Below the pieces are notes generated by a model. It saw nothing but the letters and a program-made list of their open reading frames with translations, made no database searches and was not told where the DNA came from. A stretch of 30,713 bases of DNA, from positions 1 to 30,713 of the IMG/VR virus record IMGVR_UViG_3300038976_000028; one strand, written 5' to 3'. Within the stretch, counting starts at the first letter, position 1; each line of letters starts with the position of its first letter. Made by a program: the position numbers and the translations under genes. Below, in pieces: positions 9,185 to 17,654 of the stretch. Source of the stretch: a virus. Its lineage: Duplodnaviria > Caudoviricetes.

Positions 9185-10314
9185 GCCGGGCCTCCTCGGG
9201 ACGACGCGGATGTCAGGGCGCTGGACGCCGTGGCCGCGGTGGTCAGGCCGCTGGTGGCGGTGCCGGCCGCGGTGAGTGCGCTACTGGCCGCGTCGGTGGT
9301 GAGCGCGCCGACGGTGAACGCGCCGACGGTCGTAGCCGTGGCGCTGAGACCAGCCGTGGTGGTGAGGGTGGCGGGGGCGCCGACGGCTGCCGCGGCGGCC
9401 GCGGTGAGGGTGGCCAGGCCGGCGGGCCCGGCCGTGGCCGGGCGAGTGACGGCGGCGGTTGCCGTCAGGGCTGCCGTGCCGGTGAGGCTCGCGGGGGCGA
9501 GGATGGGTGCGGTGCCGACCGAGCCGGTAGCCGTCAGCGTTCCGGCGACTGTCAGGGACGCCGCGCCGGCGGCGGTCACCGCCGACGCCGGCGCGAAGAT
9601 GGCCGTGGCCGCCGGCGCGGCGACCGCGTTGGCGGTGACTGCGACCGTCGGGGCCGCCGCGGCCGTGTTGGCCAGGGAAGCGGTGGCCGGCTGGGTGACG
9701 GCCGGTGTCGGGGTGACGGTGGCTGTGGTCGACGTTGCCGCCGTCGCGTTCGCCGTCACCGACACCGTCGAGGTGACGGCATCCGTAGCGGTCAGGGTGG
9801 CCTGGGCGAGGATCGGCGCGGTGCCGACGGTGGCCGTCGCGGTGAGCGTGGCGGTGACCGTCTGGGACGTGGTTCCGGTAGCGGTGACCGCGGCCACGGG
9901 GGTTGTGGCGACGGTCATCGTGGCGGCGGCCTGGGCGTTGACGGTGGCTGTGGCGGTTGGGGTCAGCGTGGCGGTGGCGGTGAGCGTGGCCGCGCCGTTC
10001 GCGGTCGCAGTCGCGGCCGGGGTTCGGGTGACCGTCGCCGTCAGGGTTCCGGCCGCGTTGGCGGTCGCCGCCACGGCCGGCGTGAGCGTGCCGGTTGCGG
10101 TGAGCGTCGCGTCCCCGGGCGCCGCTCGCACGGCCGTGCCGATGAGGGTGGCAGTGCCGGTGAGGTTGGCCGTGGTCGAGGTGACGACGGCGGCGGTCGC
10201 CGTGAGCCCGGCCGTTACGGTCAGGGTGGCCGTTGCGTTCTGTGTGGCCGGCGCGGACGCCAGCCGGTATGTCGGCCGGTGCTGGAGCGGGAAGCTACGG
10301 CCGTAGACGGCCAC
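9181..10314 (-). CDS. Thr/Ala-rich protein with ~15 copies of a 20-aa repeat; putative fibre or mucin-like virion protein, 377 aa
   Basis: Repeat units such as AATLTATATLTPTATATVNA; VGTAPILA occurs twice; almost no charged residues. Confidence 0.8.
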   Translation of the reverse strand: MAVYGRSFPLQHRPTYRLASAPATQNATATLTVTAGLTATAAVVTSTTANLTGTATLIGTAVRAAPGDATLTATGTLTPAVAATANAAGTLTATVTRTPAATATANGAATLTATATLTPTATATVNAQAAATMTVATTPVAAVTATGTTSQTVTATLTATATVGTAPILAQATLTATDAVTSTVSVTANATAATSTTATVTPTPAVTQPATASLANTAAAAPTVAVTANAVAAPAATAIFAPASAVTAAGAASLTVAGTLTATGSVGTAPILAPASLTGTAALTATAAVTRPATAGPAGLATLTAAAAAAVGAPATLTTTAGLSATATTVGAFTVGALTTDAASSALTAAGTATSGLTTAATASSALTSASSRGGPA

Positions 10315-10317
10315 AGG

Positions 10318-10785
10318 TCACTCCCGCCAGCGGATGTACCCGGCCGTGTTGCATGAGGCCGACGACGTCAGCCTGATGCCGAAGTTCGTTGACTCGGGCA
10401 CCGCGAACTCGTGGTCCAGTGGCCACTGGAACGGGAAGTACATGGGCAGCGGGATCGCAATGCCCGGGTACAGGGCCGCGCCCGCCGTGCCCTGCGTGAA
10501 CGTGGTCGGCTCGACCGTATCCGCGATCTTTGCGGCGGTGATCGCCGAGTCGATGGTGCGGTCACCGCGCCACTTCTGCGGGGTCGCCGCCGTGCCCGTG
10601 CCGGTTGTCGCGAACGTGCCGAACTGGATCAGCAGGTTTCCGACCACGGTCGCGTCGCAGCCGATGACCAGCTCCTCGATCTGCGGGGAGCAGTTCGCCG
10701 GGGACGGCAGCTCGAGGATCGTCTTCGCCGTCGCGGCGACCAGCGCGGTCGACGGCCACGCGATGTAGTACTGGACGACCGTCAC
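10318..10785 (-). CDS. Putative jelly-roll virion protein, 155 aa
   Basis: GGGAG RBS; beta-rich; ends FGIRLT...YIRWRE. Confidence 0.7.
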   Translation of the reverse strand: MTVVQYYIAWPSTALVAATAKTILELPSPANCSPQIEELVIGCDATVVGNLLIQFGTFATTGTGTAATPQKWRGDRTIDSAITAAKIADTVEPTTFTQGTAGAALYPGIAIPLPMYFPFQWPLDHEFAVPESTNFGIRLTSSASCNTAGYIRWRE

Positions 10786-10795
10786 CGGCGCTCCC

Positions 10796-11551
10796 TCACA
10801 GGTAGTACGTCCGGGCGACGGGCTGCCACAGCCGCGCCGGGACCAGCACGGGGGGCTCCGGGATAAGCGCGGGCAGCACCTCCAGCGTCGCCATGTGCCC
10901 GTGGGTGGACGGCGCGGTCGTGTTCGAGGTCACCGCGACCCCGGCGCCGACCGTGGCCGCGTTCTGCTGCTGCACCCAGCCGGCGTCACTGGCGTTGTCG
11001 GTGTACGACACGGCCCTGGCCTGCCCTGTCCCGGGGGTGCCCTGGGTCGCCCCGTCCCAGTTGTAGGCGGCCGACCACGCCCACGACAGGTGCCGCCGGC
11101 TGGTGTACGTGTTCGCGAACAGGCCGGCGGACGAGGTGTCGGTGACGGCCGTGCCGCCGTTCTGCACCGGGTCCGCGCCCGTGAACGTCACGATGGCCAG
11201 GGACGTGGCCAGCGCGGACGTGACCGTGGCGGTGATGGTCTGCGCGGACAGGGCCCCGGCCGCGTACGCGGTCAGGATCGCCGCGCCGCCCCCCACGGTG
11301 CCCGACGTAGTGTTGGCCTGCACGTTGACCACCCAGGCCAGCGACCCGCCGGCCACCGCCGCGGTCAGCGTGGTCGACACGGACGAGTCCCAGGTGACCG
11401 CGGCCAGCAGCAGCGTCCCCGCGGCGCAGGTGACGGACACAGCGGCGGTCGTGGTGCCCTGCCCAGGGGTGCGACTGGTGTCGGCGACGAGAGTGGCCGA
11501 GCCGCCGCCGCGTGGGAACGCCAGCGCCGATTCGAGCAACGGCGTGGTCAC
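10796..11551 (-). CDS. Thr/Ala/Ser-rich beta protein (paralog A'), 251 aa
   Basis: GTGA overlap; shares TGxDPV, TPGxG and ExLP motifs with 12868..13608. Confidence 0.75.
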   Translation of the reverse strand: MTTPLLESALAFPRGGGSATLVADTSRTPGQGTTTAAVSVTCAAGTLLLAAVTWDSSVSTTLTAAVAGGSLAWVVNVQANTTSGTVGGGAAILTAYAAGALSAQTITATVTSALATSLAIVTFTGADPVQNGGTAVTDTSSAGLFANTYTSRRHLSWAWSAAYNWDGATQGTPGTGQARAVSYTDNASDAGWVQQQNAATVGAGVAVTSNTTAPSTHGHMATLEVLPALIPEPPVLVPARLWQPVARTYYL

Positions 11552-12201
11552 GGCAGCGTGTACTCGGCCCAGGCCAGCGACGTGGCCGTCCGCCGGGTGT
11601 CGGAGGTGGTGCCGGCGTCGGCCTGGAACATGACCGCGCCCTCGCCGGCGGCCAGCACCAACTGCTCGTCCTCGGGCGGCGCCCAGGACTGCTCCTGCGG
11701 GGTCGCGCCGCCGACGGCTGTGGCATTAGCCCAGGGCAGGAACGCGAACACGTCCTCCGTCCGGGTGATCGTCATGCCGGTGTTCGCGGTCCGCAGACTC
11801 CCCGTCGCACCGGGAGTGCCCGCCACCGTCGCGGGCCGGGGCGTAACCGTGGCGCCGCTGGCCGTGCCGGTGAAGGTGAACGCGGTGATCAGGAACCGGG
11901 GGCTGGTCGGGGTCGCGAGCACCGACGCGGCCTGCGACGTGAACTGCACGTACCGCAGCGCCACCAGAACCGTAGAGCCGACCGGGTTGATCAGCCACCA
12001 CGACCCGGCAGGGAACGTATCGGCCGTCGCGGTGATGACCCGCACGCCGGCGTGCGCGAGGTACACGCCCGAAGCGATCCGCTGCGAGATCGGGATCACG
12101 TACTCTTCCTGGACCGTCCCCGGGCCCGAGACCGTGCGCTCCCGCATGTGGACCTGCTTGCCGCCCGCGTCGGCCGGCATCACGATCCGCTGCTCGCCCA
12201 C
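11548..12201 (-). CDS. Hypothetical structural protein (paralog B'), 217 aa
   Basis: About 60% identical to 12202..12855 by manual alignment. Confidence 0.85.
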   Translation of the reverse strand: MGEQRIVMPADAGGKQVHMRERTVSGPGTVQEEYVIPISQRIASGVYLAHAGVRVITATADTFPAGSWWLINPVGSTVLVALRYVQFTSQAASVLATPTSPRFLITAFTFTGTASGATVTPRPATVAGTPGATGSLRTANTGMTITRTEDVFAFLPWANATAVGGATPQEQSWAPPEDEQLVLAAGEGAVMFQADAGTTSDTRRTATSLAWAEYTLP

Positions 12202-12855
12202 CTACGGCACCGTGAACTCGGCCCAGGCCACGTTCGTCACGAACCGGCGCGTGTCCGACGTGGTACCCGCGTCGGGCTGGTACAGGACCAGGCCCTCCCC
12301 CGCGGCGAGGACCGGCTGCTCGTCTTCCTTCGGCGCATAGGTCAGGCCCGACGGGGCGTTCCCGCCGACCGCGGTCTCGTTCGCGTACGTCAGCCAGGCC
12401 AGCACCGACTGCGTGAGCGTCACCACGGACGTGACCTGCGTGGTCCGGATCGACGCGGTGGCGGTCGCGTACGACGAGAGGGCCTTCCGCGGCGCGATGT
12501 TCGTCCCGGCCGGGGTGCCGGTGAAGGTGAACGCCTGCAGCAGCAGCCGCGGGCTGGTCGCGGTCAGCAGCGCCGACCCGATCTGGGAGGACAGGTTCAC
12601 CGACCGCAGCGCCACCAGCACCGCGGAGCCGACCGGGTTGTACAGCCACCAGAACCCGGTCGACGTGCCGTTGGTGGCCGCGGCCTGCACGACGTGCACG
12701 CCGGTGTGCGCCAGGTAGACCCCGGACGCGACCCGCGCGGAGATCGGGATGACGTACGGCTCCTGCACCACACCCGGCCCGGACACGGTCCGTTCCCGGG
12801 TGTGGACAGCCTTCCCCACCGAGTCCGGCGGCAGGACGATCTTCTGCTCACCCAC
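12202..12855 (-). CDS. Hypothetical structural protein (paralog B), 217 aa
   Basis: Tandem duplicate; shares RERTVSGPG, WWLxNPVGS, DAGTTSDTRR and AWAE. Confidence 0.85.
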   Translation of the reverse strand: MGEQKIVLPPDSVGKAVHTRERTVSGPGVVQEPYVIPISARVASGVYLAHTGVHVVQAAATNGTSTGFWWLYNPVGSAVLVALRSVNLSSQIGSALLTATSPRLLLQAFTFTGTPAGTNIAPRKALSSYATATASIRTTQVTSVVTLTQSVLAWLTYANETAVGGNAPSGLTYAPKEDEQPVLAAGEGLVLYQPDAGTTSDTRRFVTNVAWAEFTVP

Positions 12856-12867
12856 CGCCGCCCCCTC

Positions 12868-13608
12868 TCACCACAGGCCGACGCCGACGTCCCGCAGCAC
12901 ATCCGTCCCCTGCGACACCTCCGCCGGGCCGGCCGGCGCGGACGGCAGCAGCTCCACCCAGCAGAAATGCCAGTCACCGCCGGCCGTCAGGTTGTCCACC
13001 TCCAACGCCGTGTACGTGCCCGACACCCCGTCCGGGGCGGCCCGGGCCAGCACGATGTAGGAGATCGCCGTGCCGACCTGCCCGGCCGCGACCACCGAAC
13101 AGCCGGCGCCGGGCGTCACCGACGCGACCGCCCCCGTCTGCCAGTCGCACGCCACCAGCATCCCGAGAGACCCGGTGACAGTGGCCAGGTAGACGACCGT
13201 GATCGACGTGCCGTTCTGCTGCCGCGACCCGCCCGCCGCACCCACCGGCGTCACCGGGTCGTGCCCGGTGACCACCTGCAGGGCCAGCGCCGAGTCGCAC
13301 TGCGACGACAGGCCGTTCGTCGCAGTCGCCGTCGACGACCCCGGCGAACCGGCCACCGCCGAATGCCACACCGCCGCCTGCCCGAGCATCGTCGGCGCAC
13401 CCGAATTCGCGTGGTCCCACGCGTCCCGGGTCCACGTGTGCGCCGGCGACGACGCGAACGACGGCGCCGGCGGATCCGCGCCTCCGGTGTTCCCCGCCCA
13501 CAGCGCCACCTGCAGGCCGTCGGCCGGTGGTGTGAACGCGGCCGTCGCGTTGGCCTGCGCCGCCGTGGTGGCGACCGCCGGGGACGACACGTCGACGGCC
13601 AGGCCCAC
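12868..13608 (-). CDS. Thr/Ala/Ser-rich beta protein (paralog A), 246 aa
   Basis: Tightly packed ORF with high GC3; motif similarity to 10796..11551. Confidence 0.75.
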   Translation of the reverse strand: MGLAVDVSSPAVATTAAQANATAAFTPPADGLQVALWAGNTGGADPPAPSFASSPAHTWTRDAWDHANSGAPTMLGQAAVWHSAVAGSPGSSTATATNGLSSQCDSALALQVVTGHDPVTPVGAAGGSRQQNGTSITVVYLATVTGSLGMLVACDWQTGAVASVTPGAGCSVVAAGQVGTAISYIVLARAAPDGVSGTYTALEVDNLTAGGDWHFCWVELLPSAPAGPAEVSQGTDVLRDVGVGLW

Positions 13609-13611
13609 CGG

Positions 13612-13941
13612 TCAGACCGTGACGTTCGTCAGGCCGGACAGGTTCTTCGCGTTGAAGAAGAAGTTGTTCGCCGCCGCGGACGAGCCGATCGTGGCGACGC
13701 CCTGCGTGCCGGTGCCGTGCGCGATCTGCCGCAGCGCGTCAAGGTCCGCGAACGACGCCTGGATCGCGTCCGCGTCCGCCTGCACGATGCCCAGCGCGAT
13801 CAGGTACGCGTCGTTGTGGGCGGAGTCGTTCAGCCACGCGTTGAACAGTCGGACGTCGTCCAGCGCCTTCCACACCGCCACGACGAGCCTGCCGGCCTGC
13901 GCGTTGACGTCCGGTGCGGTGACCGGGAATCCAGCGGCCAT
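13612..13941 (-). CDS. Helical hypothetical protein, 109 aa
   Basis: ATG at 13941, 1 nt after the upstream stop; MAAGFPVTAPDVNAQAGRLVV. Confidence 0.75.
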   Translation of the reverse strand: MAAGFPVTAPDVNAQAGRLVVAVWKALDDVRLFNAWLNDSAHNDAYLIALGIVQADADAIQASFADLDALRQIAHGTGTQGVATIGSSAAANNFFFNAKNLSGLTNVTV

Positions 13942-13942
13942 C

Positions 13943-14194
13943 TCAGGCGCCACCCGTCCGTGTCCTAGCCTTTGCCGCCTGCGAGGCCGGCGCCGGGGGT
14001 GGCGAGGGCGGCGCAGGAGCAGGTGCCGGCTCCACGTCGTACTGCACGACCAGCGGCTCGAACAGATCCTCACGGCCTGCCATGATCGGATGCCCGGCGC
14101 GGACCACCGTGTCCGGGCCGATGAACACCGGCGACCCGTCCACGTCAAACGTGCACGGCTCCTTGCCGCGGAACAGGTCAGGCTGGACTGTCAC
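13943..14194 (-). CDS. Small capsid-adjacent protein, 83 aa
   Basis: GGAGG RBS; VVRAGHPIMAGREDLFEP motif, which I recall from small genes that follow the MCP in actinophages. Confidence 0.7.
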   Translation of the reverse strand: MTVQPDLFRGKEPCTFDVDGSPVFIGPDTVVRAGHPIMAGREDLFEPLVVQYDVEPAPAPAPPSPPPAPASQAAKARTRTGGA

Positions 14195-16061
14195 CGACGT
14201 CCTCCAGGGGTCTCGCGATGATGTACGGCGCGGACCGGCCGCCCGGCAGCGGCGCCACGATCCGCTCCGGGTCGTAGCCCACCTCGGCGAGCAGCGCCGT
14301 CAGGTCCGCGAGGTCGTAGAAGCCGTAGATGGAGTGGTCCTCGATGAACAGGGTCGGCCGGGCGCGGGCCAGCGTGCCGGCCAGGCCGCGGATCGCGTGC
14401 AGGTCCGCGCCCTCCACGTCCAGCTTGACCAGGTCGGGGCTGACGTCGGAGAGGACCGCGTCTAGCGGCCGCGCCTCCACTGTGTCTTCGCCCCCGTCGG
14501 CGGGCAGGACCCGGGTGGACCCGCCGGTGACCTTCCCGTTCGGGTCGGACAGCCGCAGCCGGGTCTCGCAGTCCCACGCAGCCATCTCGACCACGGCCAC
14601 GTTCGTCACGTCGTTCAGCGCGATGTGCGCGCGCAGGACCGCAGCGGTCGCCGGGTTCGCCTCCACCGCCACCACCGTCGACGCCTTCCGCGCCAGCCGC
14701 AGCGCCCACCGGCCCACATGCGCGCCCACATCCACGTACACGCCGCCAGCGGGCAGCAGCCCGTCGAGCACCGGCGCCAGGGACTCCTCGTGGCCGACCG
14801 CGATCCAGTCGTCGGAGTTCCCACCCCGCTGCACCCACCGCAGCCCGTCGGCCTCCGCGGTCGGCAGCGGCACCGTGCCGTGGTTTCGGCCCGGAAGTCG
14901 GACCGGGACCGCGCCGGCGTACTGCTCGAGCATCTCCAGCGCCGGCTTCCAGTACTGCGTCAGCACCCGGTCGGCGTCATAGCCGGCCGCGAAGTCCCGC
15001 GCCGACGCCCGCACGGCCGGCTGCCGGGCGTGCTCGTACGCCTTCTCCCAGGCTTCGACGATCCCGCTGATGATCGGCGCGTGCCACCACGACTCCGCCC
15101 ACGGATGCCAGTACGGCTGCGTCGGCACCAGCCACCCCGACCCGCACAGCTCGGTCCCCGCCGAACCGTCGGAGACGACCACCGGCGTCCCGCACGCCTG
15201 CGCCTCCAGCACCGGCAGGCCGAAGCCCTCACCCCACGAGCAGTTCGACAGCACGTCCGCGCAGCCCATCAGCGCGGCCACGTCCTCCGGCCCGTACAGG
15301 CCGCAGATCTGCTTGTACTGGTTCGTGAACTGCACGGAGTCCTGAATGTCGAGGTCGTAGACCAGCTTCGTCAGGTTCACCCCGCCGCCCGTGTCGAGGA
15401 GGCTGTGGACCAGCAGCACCGCGTCCGGGTGCCGGCGGCGGAACTCGGCGAACGCCTGGAACTGCTCGCCCCAGCCCTTCCGCGGCGGCGTCTTGTCCTT
15501 GTTCGCCGCGACGATCGCGATCACGAACGCGTCCGGGTCCACGTCGAGCATGGCCCGGGCCTGCGCCCGCTCGGCGTCGGACAGCGGCCGGAACACGCCC
15601 GTGTCGACGGCGTGCGGCACGTACACCGGCTGCAGCCCGGCCGCGGTCAGCTCCCGCTCGCCGTACCGGGACATGGCGATGGGCAGCGCCCCCGAGGCGC
15701 GGAAGAACTGCACGTCGGCCGGCGGGACGGGGTGGGACTGGATCGGCGCCCACAGCGCGGTCGCGAAGTCCCGCAGCGGTGCCGGGTCGATCGCCCACGC
15801 GTCGTACAGGACCAGGATCAGGCCCGGCTGGTCGCCGAACATCATCCGCGCGTGGGGGGCGCGGACGTCGTTGGAGTAGGCCGCCATCCCCGACGGCAGG
15901 ACCAGGGTGTCGTTCCAGTTCAGCGTCTGGCCTTCGAGGCCGTTCATCGCTGCCACGGCGACCTCGTGGCCCAGGGCGGGCAGGCGGGACGCGAGCAGGG
16001 CGGTCTGCCCGCCGTATCCGGACCCCGCTGACGGCGGGTTGCTGCTGATCAGGATGCGCAT
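14178..16061 (-). CDS. GT4 (GT-B) glycosyltransferase fused to a FkbM-family SAM methyltransferase, 627 aa
   Basis: ATG at 16061 after GGGAGG. GT4 motifs SGYG, PHAVD, RKG and EGFGLPVLEAQACGTPVV; FkbM motifs VDVGAHVG, VEANP and VKLDVEGAD. Confidence 0.92.
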   Translation of the reverse strand: MRILISSNPPSAGSGYGGQTALLASRLPALGHEVAVAAMNGLEGQTLNWNDTLVLPSGMAAYSNDVRAPHARMMFGDQPGLILVLYDAWAIDPAPLRDFATALWAPIQSHPVPPADVQFFRASGALPIAMSRYGERELTAAGLQPVYVPHAVDTGVFRPLSDAERAQARAMLDVDPDAFVIAIVAANKDKTPPRKGWGEQFQAFAEFRRRHPDAVLLVHSLLDTGGGVNLTKLVYDLDIQDSVQFTNQYKQICGLYGPEDVAALMGCADVLSNCSWGEGFGLPVLEAQACGTPVVVSDGSAGTELCGSGWLVPTQPYWHPWAESWWHAPIISGIVEAWEKAYEHARQPAVRASARDFAAGYDADRVLTQYWKPALEMLEQYAGAVPVRLPGRNHGTVPLPTAEADGLRWVQRGGNSDDWIAVGHEESLAPVLDGLLPAGGVYVDVGAHVGRWALRLARKASTVVAVEANPATAAVLRAHIALNDVTNVAVVEMAAWDCETRLRLSDPNGKVTGGSTRVLPADGGEDTVEARPLDAVLSDVSPDLVKLDVEGADLHAIRGLAGTLARARPTLFIEDHSIYGFYDLADLTALLAEVGYDPERIVAPLPGGRSAPYIIARPLEDVGDSPA

Positions 16062-16077
16062 GTGTGGCCTCCCATGA

Positions 16078-16113
16078 GCCGGCCCGGGCCGCATGGGTAC
16101 GACCCGGGCCGGC
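16078..16113 (-). terminator. Strong GC hairpin after the capsid gene (terminator or mRNA stabiliser; no U-tract)
   Basis: GCCGGCCCGGG-UCGUA-CCCA-UGCGG-CCCGGGCCGGC: 11 perfect pairs plus 5 more including G:U pairs. Confidence 0.7.
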
Positions 16114-16136
16114 GGCCTCGGTAGTGGACGGAACGG

Positions 16137-17654
16137 TCAGGTGCTCTTCACCTGGAGCATGCGGAACGCGTTGTCCGCGAGCACCTTCGACGAGTTGAAC
16201 CAGATGGCCAGCACCCCGCGCTGACCGGTCGGGTACCGGTTCGCCGACCCGAACAGGTGCGGGATCAGCTCGATGCCCATCCCCACCCGGTCCACGATCA
16301 GGAACCGGGAGAAGTCACCCTGCAGCATGACCAGGTTGCCCGTGCCGTTGGTCGTCGACATCGTGCTCAGCTCGTACTTCGGGTAGCCGTTGAACTGCGC
16401 GCCCATGCTGCCCGACGGCCGGGCGAACGGGTCACCCGCGGCCGACGCCTGCGCCTGGAACAGCGCCCGGAACTTGTTGAAGATCGTCTTGGAGGCGACG
16501 ATCGCCGAGTTCGCGATGAACCGCGGCGCCATCGCGTTCTCCAGCAGGTACACGTCGCCCGCGGCGAGCACGCCCGAGCCGGCGGTCTGCACGTACGACG
16601 CGGTGCCAAGGGTCGCCACGATCCCCGACGGGTTCGGCGCGGTGCCGTTCCCCGTCGCGAACGCGGTCGCCTCCTCCACGTCCTTCGCGTCCATCAGCAG
16701 GTTCGTCATCTGTGTCCGCAGCGCACCCCAGGACACATCCAGCTCGATCGAGAACGGGATGAAGCCCTGCACGCGGGTGGTCCGGACCGACGGCTGGATG
16801 AACGCCGGGTCGCCGGTGCCCTGCTCCTGGCCTTCCGTGCCACGCGACACGGTCACACCGGCGGAGGTGACCCCGTCCCATTCCTTCCCGGTGATGGTCT
16901 CCACCCGGCTGATCTGCCGCAGCGGGTTCACCACCCCGTTGGACGTGAGGATCACGGTCGGGTCCAGCTGGAACGGGACGGCGTAGCCGCCGGCGGAGTC
17001 GGTGCCCAGCGACAACGCGCGGGACTCCTCCGCGGTCAGCCCCGCGGTCGACTGCATCCCCAACATCTTCCCGAACGCCCGGTCGTACAGCGGGCTACCG
17101 GTGACCAGGATGCGGCGGGCCAGGGTGCCGTTCTCGTCGTCGATGGTGTCCAGAAGAGCCGCGACCCGCTGCTGCGCCTCCTCCTTCGACGGGGCGCCCC
17201 GCACACCGGTCGCGCCCGGGTACCGGGCCTGCTCGACCGCCCGCTGCGCGTACTCCCGGTACAGCACCGGGACCTCGTCGAGGTTCCGGGCCCGGTTCCG
17301 GATCGCCGGCAGGTCGTAGATGTTCTCCCGGGGGTGGAACGCCGGCCCGGCCTGCCCATAGCGGCTGCCGCCGCCGGCGGGGGCGAAGCCGGCGCGGGAG
17401 TTGTCGACCCGCTCCGTGTGCTCCGGGTGCTCGTCATTGATCTGCCGCAGGTACGCGGCCCGCTCCGACGCGTCGTCGATGGCCCGGTCGTGCTCGGTCA
17501 GCTCGTTCTGCAGCGACCGCCACTCCGACCGGGCCTCGACGGTCAGCTCCGCGCCGGAGTACTCGGTGTCGATCTCGGTGAGCCGGGCCCGGATCTCGCT
17601 CTGCCGCGCGACCCGCTCCTCGACCGTCATTGTCTCCCGGTCCGTGTCCGGCAT
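16137..17654 (-). CDS. HK97-fold major capsid protein with coiled-coil scaffold (delta) domain; internal start, 505 aa
   Basis: ATG at 17654 after AAGGAG; coiled-coil N-terminus; GGYAVPFQLDP, GNGT..PSG and GDFSRFLIVDRVG motifs. Confidence 0.9.
   Translation of the reverse strand: MPDTDRETMTVEERVARQSEIRARLTEIDTEYSGAELTVEARSEWRSLQNELTEHDRAIDDASERAAYLRQINDEHPEHTERVDNSRAGFAPAGGGSRYGQAGPAFHPRENIYDLPAIRNRARNLDEVPVLYREYAQRAVEQARYPGATGVRGAPSKEEAQQRVAALLDTIDDENGTLARRILVTGSPLYDRAFGKMLGMQSTAGLTAEESRALSLGTDSAGGYAVPFQLDPTVILTSNGVVNPLRQISRVETITGKEWDGVTSAGVTVSRGTEGQEQGTGDPAFIQPSVRTTRVQGFIPFSIELDVSWGALRTQMTNLLMDAKDVEEATAFATGNGTAPNPSGIVATLGTASYVQTAGSGVLAAGDVYLLENAMAPRFIANSAIVASKTIFNKFRALFQAQASAAGDPFARPSGSMGAQFNGYPKYELSTMSTTNGTGNLVMLQGDFSRFLIVDRVGMGIELIPHLFGSANRYPTGQRGVLAIWFNSSKVLADNAFRMLQVKST

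Noticed and set aside
9230-10306. Val/Ala-rich plus-strand ORF, or a CRISPR-like DNA repeat array
   Set aside because: Mirror of the Thr/Ala codons; the periodicity is at protein level, with no identical repeats or spacers.
11548-12855. Diversity-generating retroelement template/variable repeat pair
   Set aside because: Both copies are full ORFs with differences throughout, not adenine-specific; no reverse transcriptase in the window.
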